A stretch of DNA of 64,000 nucleotides, from IMG/VR virus record IMGVR_UViG_2933073624_000001, positions 1-64,000 of that record, one strand, 5' to 3'. Numbering within the stretch: position 1 is the stretch's first letter; each line of letters starts with the position of its first letter. The DNA comes from a virus (taxonomy: Duplodnaviria; Caudoviricetes). The notes beneath the pieces are model-generated. The model did no database searches and was not told the DNA's origin. It was given only the letters and a program-made list of their open reading frames with translations. The translations under genes and the position numbers were made by a program. Of this stretch, positions 58,320 to 64,000 are shown piece by piece.

Positions 58320-59252
58320 ATGACCATTCAGCCCGTCCAGGCCCCGCCCCTCCTGACCTCCGGTGGCCCACAGGGCCTGTGCGAGGGAGCGCTGATCCTC
58401 ACCCGCCGCGGCATCGTCCCCATCGAGGACATCGCCGCCGGCGAGGAGGTGTTCACCCACCGGCGCCGCTGGCGGCCGGTCGTGGCCGTCACCTCGCAGA
58501 CCGCCCCGACGGTGAAGGTCCACTGCGTCACCCTGCCCGGCGGCCTGCCGGTCACCGCCGACCAGTGGCTGCTCACCCGGAACGCCCGCGTCCTGCTCGA
58601 AAGCGACGCCACCGCAGGGATGTCGAGCGCCCGGTGGACCAAGGCCCGGGATCTGGTCGAAGGCGACCGGGTCGCCTCGCCGCTCGACTTCGGGCAGCCG
58701 CTCCCGCTGCCCGAACTGCCCGCCGCCCTCGCCGGGACCGACCCGGCCGACATCATTCGCATCGCGGCGCAGATGATCGGCCTCAAGGGCAAGGCGGGCA
58801 CGGCCCTGTGCCCGGAGCTGGCCGGCTGGCTGGAAACGCACTTCGGACCGTACGGCGCCGGGCGCCACTTCCCGGCCTGGGCGGTCACGATGCCCGAGGA
58901 GCTTCGCCGAGCCTTCCTCGGCGGCCTGGTCGACCTCTCCCCGGAACGCCAGAAGTGCGCGGTGGCCATGCACTCCAAGAGGTTCATGACCGGCCTGCGG
59001 CTGCTGGTCTGCTCCCTCGGCTACGCCGCCGGGCTCGCCTCCGCCAAGGGGAAGGGAGGAAGCCGGGCGTGGCCGCTGAGCTGGGCGCCGACCGGCGGCC
59101 GGCGCCCCGACTATAACGGGTCGCGGTGGCACTCGGTGGCCCGGGTCGAACGGGGCCCGGTGTCCACGGTGTTCCAGCTGCACGTCATTGAGGACGAGTC
59201 CTGCGTCGCCGACGGCCTCACGGTCGCGGCCCCTCTCCCGCCGGGCAGGTAG
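58320..59252 (+). CDS. stand-alone intein-like protein (Hint plus degenerate LAGLIDADG-type region)
   Basis: GALILTRRGIVPIEDIAAGEEVFTH; W..A.DL..GD; RRAFLGGLVD; VFQLHVIEDES.VADG. Confidence 0.72.
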   Translation: MTIQPVQAPPLLTSGGPQGLCEGALILTRRGIVPIEDIAAGEEVFTHRRRWRPVVAVTSQTAPTVKVHCVTLPGGLPVTADQWLLTRNARVLLESDATAGMSSARWTKARDLVEGDRVASPLDFGQPLPLPELPAALAGTDPADIIRIAAQMIGLKGKAGTALCPELAGWLETHFGPYGAGRHFPAWAVTMPEELRRAFLGGLVDLSPERQKCAVAMHSKRFMTGLRLLVCSLGYAAGLASAKGKGGSRAWPLSWAPTGGRRPDYNGSRWHSVARVERGPVSTVFQLHVIEDESCVADGLTVAAPLPPGR

Positions 59253-59257
59253 CAGGG

Positions 59258-59345
59258 CTCTGACCTGCAACTTTCTCGAAAACCTCGGGGGTGCCCCGGA
59301 ACCACCAAGATCGTTCACGCGTTGTACATAGTGACTACCCACTAA
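59258..59345 (+). promoter_or_regulatory. family-A module copy 6
   Basis: GGAAC(59298)-N18-GTT(59321). Confidence 0.85.
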
Positions 59346-59426
59346 GTCACTGTCCGGCCCGGTGGGCGGAGGCGGGAATCTCCGCCCACCGGGCCAGCAC
59401 CGACCGACCTCGCGAGGAGATCCGGC

Positions 59427-61313
59427 ATGGCCGCCATCGACCCCACATCCCGAGCCTGGGAGGCCTCCTCCCGGGCCGCCAACGCCCCCAGGCGGATCCG
59501 CGCCTACAAGCACGACGGTGGCGACTTGTCCGTCATGGACTGGTTCTGCGGGGCAGGCGGCAGCGGCCAGGGCGCCGAGGCGGTCCCCGGCCTGCGCGTC
59601 TACCTCGCCGCGAACCACTGGAAGCAGGCGATCAAGACCCACCAGATGAACTTCCCCGGAGTGGCCCACTACATGGGCGACATCCGCAAGGCCCCCGTCT
59701 GGGCCTGGCCCACCAGCGACGTGTTCTGGTCCTCGCCGGAATGCACCAACTGGAGTATCGCCAAGGGCAGGAAGCGCTCGTTCGCGAAGGCCGTGCAGGG
59801 CGACCTCATGAGCCTGTACGCGGACGCGGAGGAAGCGAAGTTCAAGACGGGCGCCGACCCCGACAACGAGCCCACGGCCGAAGAGGAGGCCTCGCGCGCC
59901 CTGATGGAGGAGATCCCGCTCTACCTGCGCGGTGTGATCGAGCGCGGCGGCCTGATCAAGGCCGGGGTGGTCGAGAACGTGATCGACGTCCGCGCGTGGG
60001 CCGAGTGGGACGCCTGGCGCGGTGAGTTCCACAAGCTCGGGTACTTCACGAAGCTCGTGGCGCTGAACTCGATGCACGCCGACCCGCGCAGCGTGCACAA
60101 GGCCCCGCAGTCCCGTGACCGGCTCTACCTCGTCTACTGGCACAAGAGCCTGGGGCGCACGCCGGACTGGGACAAGTGGATCCGGCCCCGCGCGTACTGC
60201 CACGGCTGCGACGAGGTCGTGGCCGCCCGCCAGGTCTTCCGCAAGCCCGGCCAGGACATGGGCCGGTACAAGAGCAGCTACGACTACCGGTGCCCCCGGA
60301 AGTCCTGCCGGGCGCTCGTCGAGCCCGACACCCTGCCCGCCGCCGCGGCGATCGACTTCTCGATCAAGGGCACGCCGATCGGCAGCCGGCCCAAGAGCGA
60401 GGAAGCCCCCGAGGGCCTGGCCCCGAACACGATGGCCCGCATCCGCGCGGGCGTCGCCAAGTACTGGCCCAAGCCCGGCGGCCCGGCCGACGAGGACGAC
60501 ACGCTGTTCGGCGACACCGGCCAGAGCGCGGCCAGGACGGCGCCGCTCCTCGTCCCGACCGGCGGGACCTGGCGGAACACCGCCAGCAGCACCGAGGTTC
60601 CGATGCCCACCCGCACGACCGTCGAGAGCGACGGGCTCGTGATCCCCCCGATCCTGATCCCCTGCGAGGGCCGCGAGGGCAAGCAGCCGATGCCGGTCGA
60701 CCAGCCCCTGCGGACCCAGACGACCCGCCTGGAAACGGCCGTCGCCTACGCCCCGTTCGTGGTCCCCATGCGAGGAGGTGGCGACAAGGAGAAGGCCCGG
60801 CACATCAGCCAGCCGCTCCACACCGTCTCGGCCGGCGGCAACCACCACGGCCTGGTCACCGGGCCCGTCCCGCTGGTCATGCGGAACAACACCCCCAAGG
60901 GCGACCCGGCCCAGATGTGCACGACCGCCGGCGAACCGCTGCGGACGATGACGGCGGCCGGGCACCAGTCGCTCATCACCCCCGGGGACGGGCTCCTCGT
61001 CCCGTACTACGGCACCGGCCAGGCCCGGCCGGTCTCCGAGCCGGTCGGCACCCTGCCCACCCGGGACCGGTACGCGCTCCTCGACGCGAACGGCGAGTAC
61101 GACCTGTCCAAGGTGCTTTTCAGGATGCTCCAGCCCAAGGAGATCGGCAGGGCGATGGCCTTCGGTGACGACTACAGGGTCCTCGGGTCGAAGCGCGACC
61201 GGATCAGGCAGTACGGCAACGCGGTCACCCCGAACGTCGCCGAGGTCTTGCTGTGCGCGCTCGTCGAGTGCATCACCGGGGAGCCGATCAGCCGCTACGC
61301 GCTGGCCGCCTGA
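59427..61313 (+). CDS. DNA (cytosine-5)-methyltransferase
   Basis: DWFCGAGG, SPEC, VENV, QSRDR, YGNAVTP; long repetitive variable region. Confidence 0.92.
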   Translation: MAAIDPTSRAWEASSRAANAPRRIRAYKHDGGDLSVMDWFCGAGGSGQGAEAVPGLRVYLAANHWKQAIKTHQMNFPGVAHYMGDIRKAPVWAWPTSDVFWSSPECTNWSIAKGRKRSFAKAVQGDLMSLYADAEEAKFKTGADPDNEPTAEEEASRALMEEIPLYLRGVIERGGLIKAGVVENVIDVRAWAEWDAWRGEFHKLGYFTKLVALNSMHADPRSVHKAPQSRDRLYLVYWHKSLGRTPDWDKWIRPRAYCHGCDEVVAARQVFRKPGQDMGRYKSSYDYRCPRKSCRALVEPDTLPAAAAIDFSIKGTPIGSRPKSEEAPEGLAPNTMARIRAGVAKYWPKPGGPADEDDTLFGDTGQSAARTAPLLVPTGGTWRNTASSTEVPMPTRTTVESDGLVIPPILIPCEGREGKQPMPVDQPLRTQTTRLETAVAYAPFVVPMRGGGDKEKARHISQPLHTVSAGGNHHGLVTGPVPLVMRNNTPKGDPAQMCTTAGEPLRTMTAAGHQSLITPGDGLLVPYYGTGQARPVSEPVGTLPTRDRYALLDANGEYDLSKVLFRMLQPKEIGRAMAFGDDYRVLGSKRDRIRQYGNAVTPNVAEVLLCALVECITGEPISRYALAA

Positions 61314-61351
61314 CCCGAGACCCCGGGGCGGTTCCCAGCGGGCCGCCCCGG

Positions 61352-61439
61352 CTCTGACCTGCAACTTCCCTCGATCTCCCGGGATTCACCCGGAACCACA
61401 AGACCCCCACAAGCGTTGTACATAGTGACTACCCACTAA
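61352..61439 (+). promoter_or_regulatory. family-A module copy 7
   Basis: GGAAC(61392)-N18-GTT(61415). Confidence 0.85.
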
Positions 61440-61462
61440 CTCCTACCCCTCCGGAGGAAGCC

Positions 61463-61981
61463 ATGGCCGACACCGCCACCGCCCGCGCGCACACCACCTC
61501 CGCCCGCGGCCCCATCGTCGTCACCGCCACCATCACCCCCGGCCCGGACTCGTTCACGATCACCGGCGCCCACGCCTACGACACGAGCAGGCACGGCCGC
61601 ATCCAGGGCGGCCTGACCCGGGGCGGGTTCTCCTTCCCGGCCGGCGAGGTCGACGTCCGCATCGACAAGCACTGGAACCTGACCGACACCCTCGACCTCG
61701 CGGTCGCCTGCGCCATCCTCGCCGCCGGCGGCCAGATCGACCCCGGCATCCTGGACCGCGTCGTCCTCCTCGGCGGCATGGGCTGGACTGGCCACCTCGA
61801 CCCCGTCATGGGCGTCGCTGACTGCGCCCACATGGCCCGGCAGGGCGACCGGCGCACCATCCTGGTCCCCGCCGAGCAGTCCATGCGCGTCCACCGGCTC
61901 GACTTCGGCCTCGACGTCGTCGGCGTCCGCAGCGTCCGCGAGGCCGCCGACTTCCTCAACCGCCAGGCCGACCGGGCCTGA
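61463..61981 (+). CDS. stand-alone YifB/ComM N-terminal-like domain (no AAA+)
   Basis: GFSFP...LDLAVACAILAA...LLG.MG..G.L.PV.G...ILVP...VVGV.S..E. Confidence 0.68.
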   Translation: MADTATARAHTTSARGPIVVTATITPGPDSFTITGAHAYDTSRHGRIQGGLTRGGFSFPAGEVDVRIDKHWNLTDTLDLAVACAILAAGGQIDPGILDRVVLLGGMGWTGHLDPVMGVADCAHMARQGDRRTILVPAEQSMRVHRLDFGLDVVGVRSVREAADFLNRQADRA

Positions 61982-62063
61982 CCTGCGGCTTTCCTCGAAA
62001 CCCCCGGAGTCAACCCGGAACCCCGCGGGTAGTCACGCGTTGGACATAGTGACTACCCACTAA
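61977..62063 (+). promoter_or_regulatory. family-A module copy 8; its TGA is the upstream gene's stop
   Basis: GGAAC(62017)-N17-GTT(62039). Confidence 0.85.
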
Positions 62064-62084
62064 GTCCCCTTCCTGGAGGAACCC

Positions 62085-62477
62085 ATGATCGGCAAGCTCA
62101 TCCCCGAAGCCCTCGCCCAGGCCATCACCGCCGAGGCCATGCGCCACGAGGCCGACCCCGTCCGCCAAGCCCAGGTCCTCAACGTCCTGGCCGCCGCGAA
62201 CTACACGGTCAACGAGATCGCCGAACTCGCCGGCACGACCTGGCACGAGATCGAGACGACCATCGGCCTGCTCGCCCTGGTCGACCTCGGCAAGGACGCC
62301 CTCGACCAGGGCCTCCTCTACGTCAGCCTCGCCCGGCACATCGCCCAGCTCAGCGAGGCCAACCAGAACGTCGTCCTCATTCGCTGGATTCGCGGCGACT
62401 TCAAGAACGAGGCGCACGCCACCCGCTACGTCCAGGCCCTCATCGAGGACGAGGGAACCGTCCTCGGCCTGAACTAG
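62085..62477 (+). CDS. truncated ParB paralog (HTH/central domain only)
   Basis: Aligns by eye with the ParB central region (YT...I/V.E..G; LL.L; G.L...LA; NQ; RG.FK). Confidence 0.72.
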   Translation: MIGKLIPEALAQAITAEAMRHEADPVRQAQVLNVLAAANYTVNEIAELAGTTWHEIETTIGLLALVDLGKDALDQGLLYVSLARHIAQLSEANQNVVLIRWIRGDFKNEAHATRYVQALIEDEGTVLGLN

Positions 62478-62609
62478 CGCAGCGCGGCCGGTGGGGCGCG
62501 AAAGCACTGGGAATCCCACCGGCCGCCACGCCCAGCACCGATGGGCCTCGCAACCCGACCAGGCGCGTGAGGCCCACCGTACCCCCCTTCCAGATCACAG
62601 GAGGAACGC

Positions 62610-63557
62610 GTGAGCACCAACACCACCACCCCCGCCGGGCTCGCCCCCGAGGCCCGCGAGTTCATCATCGTCGGCCAGGACCAGGGCACCGGCTACACCT
62701 TGTGGGACATCGCCCCCGCCCCCACCGACCCCACCCGCCGGTCGGTCGTCCTCGAGGAGCTCGGCGTCGAGGCCATGGACGCCTTCGGGTCGGTCACCCT
62801 TGAGTGGGCCACCACCCCCCGCGCGGCCGTGAACCAGCTCCTCACCGCCCGGCGCGACTCCTCCGGCCTGGATGACTACGGCCTCACCCCGGACAGCCGC
62901 ACCGAGAACCTCGGCGCCGAGGAGCCCCTGCCCGCCACCGCCAGCGAGACCCTGCGCCGCGCCCTCGCGGCAGCCGGCCTCGACAGCGAGACCGACGGCG
63001 ACCTCCACGGCACGTGGGTGATCGTCGACCTGCCCTGCGGCGCGGAGATCTGGATCACCGGCACCCGCACCCACCGCGTCGGCCACCCTGCCACCCGCCA
63101 CCACGGCTGGACCGCGCACTTCTACTCCACCGGCGGTGACAGCAGCGTCCGCCGCGAGCTGTACTCCTCGGACGCCACCGACCTCGACGCCGACACCACG
63201 GCCCTGGTCGCCCTGGTCGCCGCCGAGGCCCGCGCCGACCACCACGGGACCCCGCTGCCCCTGGCGCCCCACGTCCTCGCGGACATCGCCGGAAAGGTCC
63301 GCCCGCACCTGCCCGGCGCGCAATTCCTCACGATCGACGCCACCGACGGCACCCTCCGCGCCGTCCTGGACGCCGACCACCGAACCCTCTGGTACGCGCC
63401 CGCCAGCCCCACCGGCCTGCCCGACACCGTCGCCGACGAGGTCGCCCGCCTGGCCGACCTCCTGCTCTACCCGACGGTGAACGGCGACAAGCCCGGCGAC
63501 CGCACCCCCCTCGCCGGCCACGACGACACGTGCCTGATCACCCTGCCCCGCCCCTGA
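62610..63557 (+). CDS. hypothetical protein
   Basis: AGGAGG RBS, GTG start. Confidence 0.65.
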   Translation: MSTNTTTPAGLAPEAREFIIVGQDQGTGYTLWDIAPAPTDPTRRSVVLEELGVEAMDAFGSVTLEWATTPRAAVNQLLTARRDSSGLDDYGLTPDSRTENLGAEEPLPATASETLRRALAAAGLDSETDGDLHGTWVIVDLPCGAEIWITGTRTHRVGHPATRHHGWTAHFYSTGGDSSVRRELYSSDATDLDADTTALVALVAAEARADHHGTPLPLAPHVLADIAGKVRPHLPGAQFLTIDATDGTLRAVLDADHRTLWYAPASPTGLPDTVADEVARLADLLLYPTVNGDKPGDRTPLAGHDDTCLITLPRP

Positions 63558-63647
63558 CCCGACCCCGGACATGAAGGTGCCGGGTGGGCCCCGCACGAAC
63601 CCACCCGGCACCTGACCACCACCCGAACTGCGATGGAAGGCCCCACA

Positions 63648-64000
63648 ATGAGCGACACCACTCCGAATGTCCAGTACACCCCGTACGCGGAAGGGCGCTT
63701 CGCCCCGGTCCTGCCCTACGCCCCGACCGGCTACCTGTTCACCGTCCCCGGCAGCTTCCCCGACGACACTCCCTCCCACCTGAACCTGACCGACCGGGAC
63801 ATGGCGGTCTACTGGACGTACGGACAGTGGGAGGTCCGCGACCTCACCGCCGAACGCCGAGTCTGGGGCATCGGCCGAAGCCGCAGGACCGCCGTCGGCC
63901 TCGCCTTCCTGGAGATCGCCCGCAAGCGCCGCCAGGAAGCCCGGGAGGCCGCCGAACGGCGCCTGGCCGTCGGCCTGGAGGCCGTCCCCCCGTACGCGGT
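63648..64000 (+). CDS. hypothetical protein, truncated by the window end
   Basis: GGAAGG RBS and ATG; no stop noticed before the end. Confidence 0.5.
   Translation, partial: MSDTTPNVQYTPYAEGRFAPVLPYAPTGYLFTVPGSFPDDTPSHLNLTDRDMAVYWTYGQWEVRDLTAERRVWGIGRSRRTAVGLAFLEIARKRRQEAREAAERRLAVGLEAVPPYA

Noticed and set aside
58140-61364. 1074-aa minus-strand ORF and many similar long antisense ORFs
   Set aside because: Shadow ORFs caused by high-GC codon bias opposite well-supported genes
46943-62063. Family-A repeats as a CRISPR array or integron attC sites
   Set aside because: Spacing is 0.6-4 kb with whole genes between copies; no cas or integron integrase; the layout is promoter-like

Overview
High-GC actinomycete (Streptomyces-like) DNA. 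Bases 1-1632 are host genes (a thiolase and a thioredoxin). From about 1.7 kb to the end of the window is one large integrated mobile element whose right end is not visible. It contains: (i) a tyrosine integrase and an XRE/Cro switch; (ii) a phage-type recombination/replication module (YqaJ, RecT, RusA, WhiB, initiator with iterons); (iii) a cargo umbrella-toxin locus (ALF-repeat UmbC with a deaminase tip, UmbB, UmbA, two Imm1-like immunity genes) followed by an IS630 stub; (iv) a spread-like membrane operon; (v) more than 20 kb of rightward early/leading-region-type genes (DUF3560-ParB, two DNA methyltransferases, DUF488-like, an orphan intein-like protein, truncated ParB and ComM/YifB domains). 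No capsid, tail or TraB genes were recognised. The most striking unexplained structure is a ~80-95 bp module repeated 8 times (plus one partial copy) between 46.9 and 62.1 kb. It combines an ECF-type promoter (GGAAC-N17/18-GTT) with a TAGTG-N6-CACTA palindrome, and that palindrome also sits in reverse on the promoter of a divergent tandem-HTH gene. Similar paired-HTH switches head two other operons. All family assignments come from motif recognition by eye, not database searches.
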